A stretch of 64,000 bases of DNA from Squalus acanthias (Eukaryota), in assembly GCA_030390025.1 (NCBI GenBank), contig CM059432.1, positions 40,860,001-40,924,000 of the forward strand, written 5' to 3'. This document shows positions 23,981 through 37,044 of this stretch, in pieces. A model generated the notes under the pieces. The model did no database searches, was not told where the DNA came from, and was given only the letters and a program-made list of their open reading frames with translations. Numbering within the stretch: position 1 is the first letter of the stretch; each line of letters begins with the position of its first letter. A program made the position numbers and the translations under genes.

Positions 23981-25547
23981 AAGCACAGAAACAGGTCATT
24001 CGGCCAAACCAGTCCATGCCGACGTTTATGCTCCACTTGAACCTCCTCCCATCTTTCCTCATCTAACTATCAGCATAACCCTCTATTCCCTTCTCCCTCA
24101 TATGCATATCTAACTTCCCCTTAAATGCATCTATACTATTGGCCTCAACTACTTCCTGTGTTAGCAAGTTCCACATTCTCACCACTCTCTGGATAAAGAA
24201 GTTTCTTCTGAATTCCCTATTCCATTTCATTTTTTGTAATTATTTTAAATCTCATTTTCAAGTTCTTTAGCTCCCTTACCATGCCCAAATTTCTGACTAT
24301 GAGGAGATGTAGGTGAACCTCTGTCAATACTGCTCTGCAAACAGATGCTGCATGAGAGAATAGCTTAGGATAATGTGCTTCCAAAGCTCCCTTCATCCCT
24401 CCACTCAGTTCCTTCCCTTACATCAGGGAGGTGAGAAAAATACATCCCATGGAGGCAAAGCCAGCAGGACCAGCTAAAAATTGCTGGAAACAGTGAAATT
24501 GGCTCCATTTATTATAGGACTGATTTAAAATGTGTAGGCTATAATCTTGTGACATGTTCCAGGCCATGATCCAGGATCCAGGAGCACCTGCAACCACAAC
24601 AAACGTGCGTGCAGCCTTATCTTTGAGACAGCGACCTGCCATGCTTTATCCACCAGACATCGATCCCAGGCATGCCACTGGCCCCAGTGAAATTCCCGGG
24701 CCATTACTTGTGATCTTGTAGAGTTTATCCTTATGGTCCAATTGAGCAAAATCTGAAATTGCCTCAATTTATTGCTGTCCATGTAGTTCAAATTAATAAA
24801 AAGAAAAAAAAAAATGAACTTCAACAGTTCAATTATTATGTATGTCCCTTTTCAAAATGGTTCAATTGGGAATAGAGTCAGGAAATGGGATTAGAGTAGA
24901 TAGTTTCAGTTGAAGAGCTAACACTGGCAGAGGCACAAAGGATGTTACAAAGTGTTGTTCTGTGCTGTACTTTCTATGATTCCATGATAAGCATAATTTC
25001 TCCCTCTTGATTGTTGTCCTGTTCTAAAAACCATTAACCTTCACTTAAACCTACAGTTCTACAGACTATGCTCCCACTTAAAATTAATGTTTCCCATTTA
25101 TCGCATACACAAATACTAATCTACTTAATTATGCTACAAGCAGTACATTTCAATACTTTAATACACTCAGTGTAAAAGTTTCATATCTCAATTGTTTGAG
25201 CTGTCTAACATTGTCCTCTTATTGCAAATCTAAACGCATTCAGCATTATTCGGACTAAATCAGTTTTTGTGCTGAAATAAACACTCCATAACTGTATACA
25301 TTGTCTAAGGGCATCAATAAATGGAAAATAATTTATATATTTTTAAATATATATAACATAAAGAGCTAGAAGCAATTGTAACAGAGACAGATATCTTGAA
25401 AATGCAAGTCTCATGAATGCGGGAGTGCAGGAAAACTTTAGGAACTTTTGGAGATTTTACTGGGATACCAATGTACAAATCACAGTTTTCCCATAGCCCA
25501 GTGCATGCTCCAGCAATCCTAGATTCAAGGAGTGTACAATAGTGTAC

Positions 25548-25680
25548 CTCAATATATCGGCTCCCCATGTGATGTTTGTGTCTTTGTAGTGCCAGGTCTC
25601 GGTGTTCATCATTAATGAATCTCACAAGAGCTTCTCCATTCCGTCTTCCCTGTGAATTTAGGCATAATGCAGCACCACCC
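25548..25680 (-). CDS. ESRP1: ESRP1 exon 8, RRM1 ([44 protein letters not shown])
   Basis: 133 nt, AAG acceptor, GAG|GTACAC donor. Confidence 0.96.
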
Positions 25681-27069
25681 CTTCAAATAAGAAGAAAAAC
25701 CATCATCATTCATATCTTTAAGGGCAGTAAAATATCAAACATTTACATAAATGCCTCTACAAATTTCAGAAACTTCATAATTTAAAGTGACTATGTTTTT
25801 TTTCAAAGAAAGTGCCTAATACAAGGACGTGAAGAGCCTACATTTAGTTATGTGTAAAAAGTTGTAATAGTTCTAATGCTTTTCATTTTTACTGATAGTT
25901 ACTAATCAAAAATCAATTCTCAAAGTTTACAGATTTGACATAAAATAATTTTCATTGATTAAGTTTTAACTTATGCAAAAAAACTCAAGGTGAAAATAGT
26001 CTATGTCCTTATGGTACTATACATTTCCTCAAATAAAAACCCTCAAAACTAGCACTGCATTAACTTAAAACTCAGTTATTTGAACATCACACTGCAAAAT
26101 TGAACACCATATTAACTATAGCTCAGTCACTAAAAAGAGGATTATGCAAATTTTTGGAAGCTAAAACCAGTTCAAACATTACACCACTGGCATTTAAAAA
26201 ATCAGTGGATTTTTATTAGTGGACTTAATGGCTTTCAAACTGAATATAAACTATATTAACTTCTGCCATAGATCTTTCTGTATAAAGGTTATTGGATATC
26301 TCCAGTGAATTACTAGGCAGTTATCCAACAAGGCACTTCAGAAGGCATCAAACATTGCAAGAGTGAAGTTCAAGTAGCTTATCTTTGTCATCTGAACCTT
26401 GAGATTAGATTACAGTTTTATTGCAGATACCTATTCTTAATAATTATAAATAACAGTCTTTTATTAACATGAAGCACTTTTTTAGCTTTATTTTCTGTAT
26501 TTTTTCCTTTACTCAATGAGTGTGTAATGTCAATTAGTTGTATTTTCGGTGATCATGATACCACGTTATGTGGGATCTCCAAGAATATCATACCTCAAGG
26601 AATAAATAATTTGTCATGGAGCATCATTTGTGATGTAGAAATTCAGGCAATATTAGTTTTGTAAATGAAACCTGAAGTATTTTTGATAGTGAATTACAGA
26701 AAGTTAAACTTCATGTCCATTTTAAAGTGGGTATTAGCAGTTCTTAAATCTTAACAATGGAAGTACAAAAAAAAAGGGCTTACTTCTTTGCAAATGTGTA
26801 ACTTTTCACATTACTCTGTTTTGAGCTAATTACGAGACAAAAATTATACTATAAAATGTAGAATATTCAAAATAGAATACAGGGCTCGCCAATAGCTCTG
26901 CTGTAAATAAGCCATACAGACCAGGAGGTCCCAGGTTTGATAATAAGTCTGCACTGAGGCTTACTCTGCTCAGCCAGGACACTGGTAGAAGCAATTCAGC
27001 ATGACTAAGCTAGTAACAGGGCTGGGGGGGGCAGGGGTGTTGGGGGGAAATCAACCAGACTTTCTTTCG

Positions 27070-27530
27070 AAAGGCCTTAGAGAGTACAGAGGAGGTTTAA
27101 CAAGATATTACCAGGGATGAGCGACTTCACTTATGAGGAGAAGTTGGAAAAGTGAGGACTGTTCTCCTTGGAAAAGAGGTTAAGACGTGACCTAATAGAG
27201 GTTTACAAGATGATGAGAGGTTTGGATAGAATAGATAGAGAAAAATTATTCCCTCTGGCGAGTGGGTCAATAACTAGAGGTCACAGATTCAAAATCATTG
27301 GCAAAAGATATAGAGGGGAGATGAGGAGAAATTGTTTCAGAGTTGTTGGGATCTGGCACGCTCTACCTGAAAAGGGAGTGGGACAGGTACTTGTGGATGA
27401 GGAACTTGCAGGGTTACGGACAAAAAGCGGGGATGTGGGACTAAACATAACTGCTCTTTCAAAGAGCCAGCACAGGCGCAACGGGCCAATGGCCTCCTTC
27501 TGTGCTGTCAGTTTCTATGATTCTATGATC
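27070..27530 (+). mobile_element. CR1 3' end fragment
   Basis: LRRDLIEVYKMMRGLDRIDREKLFPL; TTCTATGATTCTATGA tail. Confidence 0.85.
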
Positions 27531-28002
27531 ATTATCCAATTGTTCCCCCTGGAAAGTGCCCTTAAGTGGAATTGGGTGAGGAAGAGATTGGATTTATGGT
27601 TGTGAAGTCTGCCGTTACTCACTGTCGAAGCACACATATGAAGAATGGCCACTTCAGCAAGATGTTGGAGGGTAGTCAGCACCCTTGGAATCATACCCAG
27701 CATGCGTTTTTAGTAAAGAAGGGGAAACATTGGAAAATAAAGTAGTATATAGAAATATTAAATAAGACAAATGCATGATGGGAGAAAGAGGTGCAGAAAA
27801 CTGGAATTATACAGATTTGAATCACAATTTTTAACATGATCAGTTCCTGATCTCAACCTTGCCATCATAGTGAGGTGCTGAGCAGAGGCCAGGGTTGTTT
27901 CCTTGATAATAGGGAAACGTAAAATCAAAAGAGGCATCTATACCCCCAAGTGCTCTGTTCATTTAGGGTCACAGGACCAGAAAAGACCATTGTAATCTAT
28001 CT

Positions 28003-28202
28003 CAGCAGGCCAGGCAACATCCGTGGAGAGAGAAACAGAGTTAACGTTTCAGGTCGAAACCCTTCGTCGGAGTTCCGACGAAGGGTTTCGACCTGAAACA
28101 TTAACTCTGTTTCTCTCTCCACGGATGTTGCCTGGCCTGCTGAGTTTTTCCAGCGTTTTCTGTTATTTCGGATTTCCAGCATCCGCAGTATTTTGCTATC
28201 AT
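28003..28202 (+). mobile_element. Penelope-type insert with inverted pseudo-LTR (144-bp palindrome) and 14-bp TSD
   Basis: arms 28001-28071 and 28074-28144 are complementary at 70/71 positions; TSD ATTGTAATCTATCT (27989-28002) / ATTGCAATCTATCT (28203-28216). Confidence 0.85.
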
Positions 28203-28541
28203 ATTGCAATCTATCTGCTTGGTTTTGTACCATACTGTACTTTTCCTTTTATACTCCTCAATTTCTTCTTTTTGCCTAAAAACTATCTAACGCTGTCCTA
28301 ACAAAAAATTATAGAATTGGCATTGGTGACGGTGTACATGCAAGTCATGTGCCTGCCTATCTAACAGGGGGTGAAACTTGGCATGTGGAGACCAAAGAGA
28401 GAAAAGAAGAAAATAATGAACAACCGGAAAAAATTACAAATATATTGTAATAGATTTTTAAACAATAATCACAGGATAATTCTTCTCAAAACATTATGAG
28501 TATAATGCTATCATAACTAGTTTTTTTTGTCAAATACTAAC

Positions 28542-28652
28542 TTGGCTATGTTGAGACCCCTGAAGAATCTAGCAATATCTTGGTCAGATGACTGCCAGGG
28601 TAACCCCCTCGCTCTGATTACTGTATTATCATCAACGATCTCCATCTTGCTG
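28542..28652 (-). CDS. ESRP1: ESRP1 exon 7, start of RRM1 ([37 protein letters not shown])
   Basis: 111 nt, CAGCAG acceptor, AA|GTTAGT donor; quasi-RRM RARGLPW motif. Confidence 0.96.
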
Positions 28653-28721
28653 CTGTTAGTAAGAAACGATAAGAAAATAATGAAATATTTATAAATTAAA
28701 AAATACTCCTGTAAGAAAATA

Positions 28722-29157
28722 GAGGTATGGTAGCATAATGGTTATGTTACTGGACTAGTAAGCCAGAGGCCTGGACTAAAAATCCGGAGATGCGAGTTCA
28801 AATCCCACCATGGGAATTTAAATTCAGTTAATTAAATAAATCTGGAATAAAAAGCTAGTATTAGTAATGGTGACCATGAAACTACTGGATTGTCGTAAAA
28901 ACTCTTCTGGTTCACTTATCTTCCTTTAGGGAAGGAAACCTGTCGTCCTTACCTGGTCTGGCCAATATGCGACTCCAGACCCGCAGCAATGTGGTTGACT
29001 CTTAACTGAAATGGCCGAGCAAACCACTACACACATGTGGGAGTACCTTCACCATGTGGACTGCAGCGGTTCAAGAAGGCGGCTCACAACCACCTTCTCA
29101 AGGGCAATAAATGCTGGCTTTGCCAGAGACGCCCACATCCCAGGAACAAAAAAAAAA
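28722..29157 (+). mobile_element. tRNA-derived SINE (tentatively MER131-like) with family-B LINE tail
   Basis: A box TAGCATAATGG, B box GAGTTCAAATCC; 3' ~110 nt match the LINE tail at 23840-23970 and 36780-36900. Confidence 0.8.
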
Positions 29158-30264
29158 GCCATGATAGCCTATCATCCAGCAGTCAGTCAATATTAGGTAT
29201 TCAAAATTAACCAAGCAATGATCTCCTATGCTTGGTCTGGGTTAGGAATAGAATCTACAATAAATAAATCACTACCAGAAAATGTAAATTGCACCTTTTT
29301 TCATAAATGAACATAAAATAATCCTAAAAGGATAGTTTACGCTAGCGATGGTAATAGCTGCTATTTTGTTTTTGGTTTCAAAAAGCTGAGGAAGCAACTC
29401 CAATAGTCAAATACATCTATATTGTAAAGTTGCTGAGAGGATGAAAACTTTGATAGCAAAAATGTTTTCATCTTGAAATTGAGCTTTCAACTATTAGTGT
29501 ATAAAGGTTTTACATCGTTGTAGGAAAATCTTCTGCTTTATCTTTTTAATTAAGACTTTTTTAACCCATTTAAAATAAACAGGTTAGGTCTGCATTAACG
29601 TAACAGACAATGCATTTTACTACATTTACTGTACTCTAATATTCAAAATATAATTGAGGCATTGGTGTCCAACTATCAGACTGTCAATCATTTTTTCTTC
29701 CTTTACACCACTTTTTAGGGGGAGGGGAGGTGCAAATAACATTTAATAAATCAGTATTATTTTAATGCATCACTGATCATGGCACTCAGCATTTACTCAG
29801 TAGAAGTTTAGTAGGCCAGTAGACTCAGTAGACCGTCGTACACACAGTACATCTTATAATTTACTCAAATAAATACAAAACAAATCATAAGGGTGCACAT
29901 TATACATTCCATATGTTAACTACACCAACAACGTGCATGTAGAAAATCATCCCAGGGCATTTTGACAGAGGCGCAAGGAAAAACACACCGAGCCAAAGAA
30001 GGTAAAATTAGGATAGGCGACCAAAAGCTTGGTCAGAAGTGGGTTGTAAGAAGGGTCTTAAAGTAGGAGAGGGAGGTGGAGAGACAGAGAGGTTTTGCGA
30101 GGGAATTCCAGAGCATGGGGCCTAGGTGCAGGGGCGGACTGGCCATAGAGGAAATCGAGATATTTTCCAGGTGCCCCATGAATGGTTCCATAACGCAGCA
30201 TTATCGGTGTTCCCTTTTTCCGTGGGAATCCCAAAGAATCCAGCTCCTTTGAGGAAAGCCAGTC

Positions 30265-33200
30265 ATAGAACACAAGAACATGAGAACATAAGAAATAAGA
30301 GCAGGAGTAGTCCATACAGCCCTTGAGCCTGCTCCGCCATTCAATAAGATTATGGCTGATCTTCATCTCCACCTTCCTGCACTATCTCCATATCCTGAGT
30401 CCCTTAGTATCAAAAAATCTATCGATCTGTCTTGAATATATTCAACGACTAGCATCCACAGCTCTCTGGGGTAGAAAATTCCGAAGATTCACAACCCTTG
30501 AGTGAAGAAATTTCTGCTCTCAGTCCTAAATGGCTGACCCCTTATTCTGAGACTGTGACCCCTAGCTCTAGACTCTCCAGCCAGGAGAAACATCCTCCCA
30601 GCATCTACCTTATCAAGCTCTCTAAGAATTTTATATGTTTCAAGGAGATCACCTCTCATTCTAAATTCTAGAGACTATAGGCCTAGTCTCCTCAATCTCT
30701 CCTCATAGGACAATCCCCCCATCCCAGGAATCAGTCTGGTGAACCTTTGTTGCACTCCCTCGAAGGCAAGTATATCCTTCTTTAGTACTCCAGGTGTAGT
30801 CTCACCAAGGCCCTATATAATTGCAGTAAGACTTCTTTACTCTTATACTCCAATCCTTTTGTAATAAAGGTTAACATACCATTTGCTTTCCTAATTGCTT
30901 GCTATACCTGCACGTTAACTTCAGCGATTCATGTACAAGGACATCCAGGTCCCTCTGAATACCAACATTTTCTAATCTCTCACCATTTAAAAAATATTCT
31001 GCTTTTCTATTTTTCCTATCAAAGTGGATAACTTCACATTTCTCCACATTATATTCAATTTGCCATGTTCTTGCCCACTCACGTAGCCTGTCTATACCCC
31101 TTTGCAGCCTCTTTGCATCCTCCTCACAACTTACTTTCCCACCTAGCTTTGTATCATCAGCAAACTTGGATACATCACACTCGGTCCCCTCATCTAAGTC
31201 ATTGAGTTAGATTGTAAATAGCTGAGGCCCAAGCACCGATTCTTGCGGTACCCCACCAGTTAGTCTGCCAACCCGAAAATGACCCGTTTATTCCTACTCT
31301 CCATTTTCTGTCTGTTAACCAATCCTCAATCCATGCTAACATATTACCCCCAATACCATGAGCCCTAATTTTGTGCAATAACCTCTTGTGTGGCACCTTA
31401 TCGAATGCCTTCTGAAAATCCAAATACACTACATCCACTGGTTCCCCCTAATCTACCCAGCTAGTTACAACCTCAAAATCCTAACAGATTTGTCAAACAC
31501 AATTTCCCTTTCATAAATCCATGTTGACTCTGCCCAATCATATGATTTTCTAAGCGACGTGTTACCATGTCCCTAATAATAGATTCTAGCATTTGCCCTA
31601 CTACTGATGTCAGGCTAACTGGTCCATAGTTCCCTGTTTTCTCTCTCCCTCCTTTCTTGAATAGTGGGGTTACATTTCCTACCTTCCAATCCGCAGAGAC
31701 TGTTCTAGAATCTAGGAAATTCTGGAAGATCAAAACCAATGCATCCACTATCTCTGTAGCCACCTTTTTTAAAACCGAGGATGTAGGCCATCAGGTCCAG
31801 GGGATTTGTCGGCTTTTAATCCCATTAATTTCTCCAGTTCTATTTCTTAACTAGTACCAATTTCTTTAAATTCCTCATTCTCACTAGACCCTTGGTTCCC
31901 CACTATTTCTGGAATGTTTTTTGTGTCTTCGTCCGTAAAGACAGAAACAAAGTCTGTGTTTAATGTCTCTGCCAGTTCCTTATTCTCCATTATAATTTCT
32001 CCTGTCTCTTTCTCTAAGGACCCATATTTACTTTCGCTAATCTCTTCCTTTTTACATACCTACAGGAGCTTTTATGATCGGTTTCTATGACTCTTGCTAG
32101 TTTACTCTCATTCTATTTTCTCTCTCTTCCTCAATTTCTTAGGGCTCCTTTGCTGAATTCTAAAATCCTCCCAATCCTCAGGCTTACTACTCTTTTTGGC
32201 AACATTATAAGCCTCTTCCTTGAATTTAATACTATCTTTGACTTCTCTTGTTAGCCATGGTTGGACCATTTTTCCCCCTGGGGTTTTTATTCCTTAAGGT
32301 AATGAATATTTGTTGTGAATTATGAATTATTTCTTTAAATGTTTGCCATTGCTTATCTACAGTCATATGTTTTAATCTAGTTTCCCAACCTACCTTAGCT
32401 AACTCGCCCCACATACCTACATAGTTTGCTTTGTTCAAAGTGAAGACCCTAGTTTCGTACTTGACGAAATCACTCTCAAACTCAACATAAAATTCTATCA
32501 TATAATTATCACTGCTCCCCAGAGGCTCCTTTACCAGAAGGTTAGAAATGAACCTTGTCTCATTGCACAATACTGGATCTAAAATAGTCTGTTCCCTAGT
32601 TGGTTCCTCAACATACTAGCTTGAATGCATTCCATGAACTCGTTCTCTGCACTATTACTGCAAATTTGGTTTGCCCAGTCTGTATGAAAATTAAAGTCCT
32701 CCATGATTACTGTATTACCCTTTTTCCATGCATCACTAATTTCCTGATTTAGACTGTGCCCGACACTACAACCACTGTTAGGGAGCCTATAAACTACCCC
32801 CACTAGTGCTTTCTACCCGTTGTTGTTTCTTAGCTCCACCCAAAGTGATTCTACATCTTGCTTTTCCGAGCTAAGATCCTTTCTCTCTACTGTCTTTATC
32901 CCATACTTTATCAGGGCTACCCCTCTTCCTTTTCCATTTTGCCCACCTCTTCTAAAAGTCAAGTATCCTGGAATATTTAGTTCCCAACCTTGGTCACTCT
33001 GCAACCAGGTTTCTGTAATGGCTATTAGAAATAAATGGGTTTGATCTATCTGTGCTATTAATTTACCTATTTTGTTGTGAATGCTTCACACATTCAGAGA
33101 TAGTGCCTTTAGCTTTTTGCTATTTTTGCCTGATGTCACCTTAGTCACTGATGCCCTATTACCTTTGTTAAGCTCTCTTTCCCTTCCTGACCCACTCTGC

Positions 33201-35140
33201 TTATTTTTACCCAAATCACTACTCTGCTCTACAGCCTTGATATTTCTCTTACTGATTTTGAATTTACCCTTTCCTGAATCCTCCCTCCCACCGCCCCACC
33301 TCATTAGTTTAAAGCCCTATCTATAGCCCTAGTTATTTGATTCGCCAGGACACTGGTCCCAGCCTGGTTTAAGTGGAGCCTGTCCCAAGAGAACAGCTCC
33401 CTCTTTCCCCAGTACTGGTGCCAGTGCCCCATGAATTGAAACCCCTGCCTCCCACACTACTCATTCAGCCATGCATTTAACCTTCTAATCTGCTTGTCCC
33501 AATGCCAATTTGCATGTGGCTCAGGTAACAATCCAGAGATTATTACCGGTGAGGTTCTGCATTTTAATTTCGACCATAGCTCCTCAAACTCTCGCAGTAG
33601 AAACTCATTCTTAGTTCTACCTATGTCGTTGGTTCCCATGTGGACCAGGACAACGGGATCCTCCCACTCCAAGTGCTTCTCCAGCCAACACAGCCTTTGG
33701 AACTCCTGGTTGCGGCTGCAGAGAACAGTATCTATCCTCCTGATTATACTGTCCCCTACCACTACAACACTCCTTTTCACTCCCCCCTCTTGAATGGCCT
33801 CCTGTACCACAGTACCATGGTCATTTTACTCATCCACCCTGCAGACTTTGCCCTCATCCACACAAGTAGCAAGAACCTCATACCTTTTGGATAAGTCAAA
33901 GGCAGAGGCTCCTCCAGTACTACAACTGTGGTCCCCTTACCTGCCTGAGTCGCTGTCATGCCCTCCTGTCCCTGACCACTAACCAGACCTGTCTCACTAC
34001 CTAACCTAAGAGGTGTGACTGCCTCCTGGATCAAAGGGGGCGCGTTGGAGGCGGGACTGCTGCGTGTCAAGTTTTAGTCCTGCCTCCATCGACTTCTGGC
34101 CAACCCACGCTATTTTCCCTTGATTGACCTTGTTAAGCCTGCCCAGCGGGCTTAGCAGGCCAATTAAGGGGAAGCCGGTTACAGAGAACGTCAGCGTATG
34201 ACGTTTCATCTCTCAAAAATTTTTGACAGATGAATTGTCATCGTTTGACAGCTCTGTGACGCTGTCAAACACTGACATTCTATGTTGTTTGATGAGTCCT
34301 TGTATTCAAGACTCATCAAACCTCTTGTGAGCAGAAATTAGATGGTTGTTGCATTGGAGAATGCAGCAGCCATCTGTCATCTCTGCCGGTGAGATGCGAG
34401 ACTCTCTGCATCCCCAACTGTTGAAGCCTGCAGGAAGAAACAAAGCTAAGTAAACATTTTCTATCACTTTCCACTCCCCTCTCCACACTTGCATCCATCA
34501 CTTACCTTCACCGCGCACTTTTGCACCCCTATGACCCCCGCAGACCCACTGCTCACCTTACTGACCCTGGCAGGGTTCGCAGCCTTCGGCAAGCCCGCAC
34601 TTGTTTGGGTAAAATGGGGATAATCCTCTTATTTGCCCGGCGCGGGTTGGCTACCCGCCTCCCGGGAAGATGGCACGGAGGCAGGTTGGGGGTGGGATGG
34701 GCACCCGCCCCCAGATTCTGCCATTTTCCCAGCAGTCCCGCCTCCAAACCCGCCTCCCCAGGGCTGGCAAGATCGCGCCCAAAGTGTCCAGGTAACTCTT
34801 CCCCCTCCCCGATGCCCCGCAATTTCTGCACCTCGGACTCCAGCTCAACAACTCTGAGCTGAAGTTCCTCGATGCAGACGTGGTCATCCGGGATCACGAA
34901 GCTCTCCACAAACTCTCACATGCTGCAGTTGTGGCACACCACCTGCACTGCCATGCCTATAAAGCCTTGTTTTATGTATTTAATTAACTTATAGTTTAGT
35001 TTTTAACTAATTACTTGATCTAGTTTAAGTTATAGGTAGATTAAATTATTTACCTGCAACATAAACCAATACAAGTATTGGAGGCAAAATTAGCACCTCC
35101 TTCCGCCTCTGCACTGAATTCCTACTCTCTCCAAATACCC
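30265..35140 (-). mobile_element. Near full-length CR1 LINE: ORF1 with SGNH esterase plus ORF2 APE-RT, decayed
   Basis: ORF1 N-terminus (VVCHNCS…EELQLRVVELESEVQKL), esterase motifs VVVGDSIIR and VHMGTNDIG (33457-33810), APE (32579-33004), RT (31199-31763), 3' tail at about 30265-30300. Confidence 0.9.
34037..34780. mobile_element. GC-rich MITE inserted into CR1 ORF1
   Basis: short TIR GGGCGCG/CGCGCCC; duplicated AAAG at 34033-34036 and 34781-34784; CR1 sequence rejoins when it is removed; internal hairpin GTTTGACAGC…GCTGTCAAAC. Confidence 0.7.
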
Positions 35141-35193
35141 AACTTTTACACTCTGTTTAGGTGCACACCATGTAAGATCACTCTGTCTGCCCT

Positions 35194-35760
35194 GCTGAAG
35201 ACATAGCTGCCAATAGTGGGATGAAGGGAGGGGAGGATGCACAAGAGGACAGGGTCAGAGGAAAGGAGAATTTTATGGGGCGATGGGGTTGTAGGCTGGA
35301 GGAGATTACAGATATAGGGATGGGTTATGGTGAGATTTAAACACAAGGATGAGAATTTTAAACTGGAGGCGTTGGGAGACCAGGGGCTAATGTAAATCAG
35401 CGAGGACAAAGATGATGGACAAGCAGGCATTGGGACAGGACAGGATACAGGCAGCAGAGGTTTGAATGAGCTGAAGTCTGTGGCAAGTGGGAGGTCAGCC
35501 AGAAGAACATTGGAGTAATCAAGTCTGGAGTAATAAAGACATGAATAAAGGTTTCAGCACCAGATGGGCTGAGATAGGAGTGTAGGTGGACAAAGTTATG
35601 AACGTGGAAGTGGGTGGTCTTTATGATGGCGAGGATGTGAGATCAGAAATTTAGCTAGGAGCCGAACAGAATATTGAGATTGTGAAATGACTGGTTAAAC
35701 CAGAGACAGTGGCTAGGAAGGGGGATGGGCTTTGCGGCAAGGATATGGAATTTGTGGTGG
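35194..35760 (-). mobile_element. L2-type LINE fragment, continuation of the piece at 29925-30128
   Basis: CCTAGGTG (to 30128) joins CTGAAGAC (from 35195) to rebuild the L2 sequence seen at 481-520 and 8670-8710. Confidence 0.65.
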
Positions 35761-36149
35761 AGCTAAAGACAATATGTAAAGATAATTCAATGTAGGAGGA
35801 ATCGAAGCCTGGAGTTTAAACCATGATCCTCTTGTGAAATGGCAAATGGTTAACAGGCAAATGGATGCAACCTGGTAATGCAATACATTGACATTGTTTT
35901 GCACTTGTACTGCAATGTGGATTAGTGCGTTATGACTTTGAACTCTCAACTGCCCACAATGCGAGTTTCCAATCTTAGCAGTGAGGGAAATGTTGAGTGC
36001 ATTTGAAATGCTTCCCCAAGGGGAGGGAAGGAAATCAGAGGGCACGTCAACAAAGGTCACCTTAAATCATGTCCTAGCAGCAGCATACCCAGCTCCTGAC
36101 CTCTGCTGATAAGTGCATGTGTAGACAACTGGTGAGCACAGGAATGAAA

Positions 36150-36915
36150 TCAATTCCAACAAGCGAGATTCTAACCACCGCCCCTTGACATTCACCGGCA
36201 TTACCATTGCTGAATCTTCCACCATTACCATTGCCGAATCTCCCACCATCAACATTCTGGGGGATCACCATTGACCAGAAACTTAACTGGACCAGCCACA
36301 TAACAAGAGCAGGTCAGAGGCTGGGTATTCTGCAGCATTTGACTCACCTCCTGACTCCCCAAAGCCTTTCCACCATCTACAAGGCACATGTCAGGATTGT
36401 GATGGAATACTCTCCACTTGCCTGGATGAGTGCAGCTCCAACAACACTCAAGAAGCTCGACACCATCCAGGATAAAGCAACCCGCTTGATTGGCACCCCA
36501 TCCACCACCTTAAACATTCACTCCCTCCACCACCGGCGCACCGTGACTGCAGTGTGTACCATCTACAAGATGCAGTGCAACAACTCGCCAAGGCTTCTTC
36601 AGCAGCACCTCCCAAACCCGCAACCTCTTCCACCTAGAGGGACAAGGGCAGCAGGCGCATGGGAACACCACCACCTCCAAGTTCCCCTCCAAGTCACACA
36701 CCATCCTGACTTAGAAGTATATCGCCGATCCTTCATCGTCGCTGGGTCAAAATCCTGGAACTCCCTCCCTAACAGCACTGTGGGAGTACCTTCACCACAC
36801 GGATTGCAGCGGTTCAAGGCGGCGGCTCACCACCACCTTCTCAAGGGCAATTAGGGATGGGCAATAAATGCTGGCCTTGCCAGCGACGCCCACATCCCAT
36901 AAATGAATTTTTTAA
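36150..36915 (+). mobile_element. Family-B LINE 3' fragment
   Basis: ORF 36207..36854 (ITIDQKLNWTSHI…MEYSPLAWMSAAP). Confidence 0.88.
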
Positions 36916-37044
36916 AAAGTGAGTCACCTCCTTCACCAGTGTGTGGACACTAACTGACTGGAATTTAATATTAACAATCACTTGGAGAACACTGCCACCT
37001 GCGGAGTATACCATAGTAAGGAGTCAACAGCTTCAGAAGAGTAC

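Noticed and set aside
27997..28301. Two overlapping antiparallel ORFs with near-identical peptides (ERETEL…SDEGFRPETLTLFLSPRMLPGLL)
   Set aside because: An artefact of the DNA palindrome, not protein-coding.
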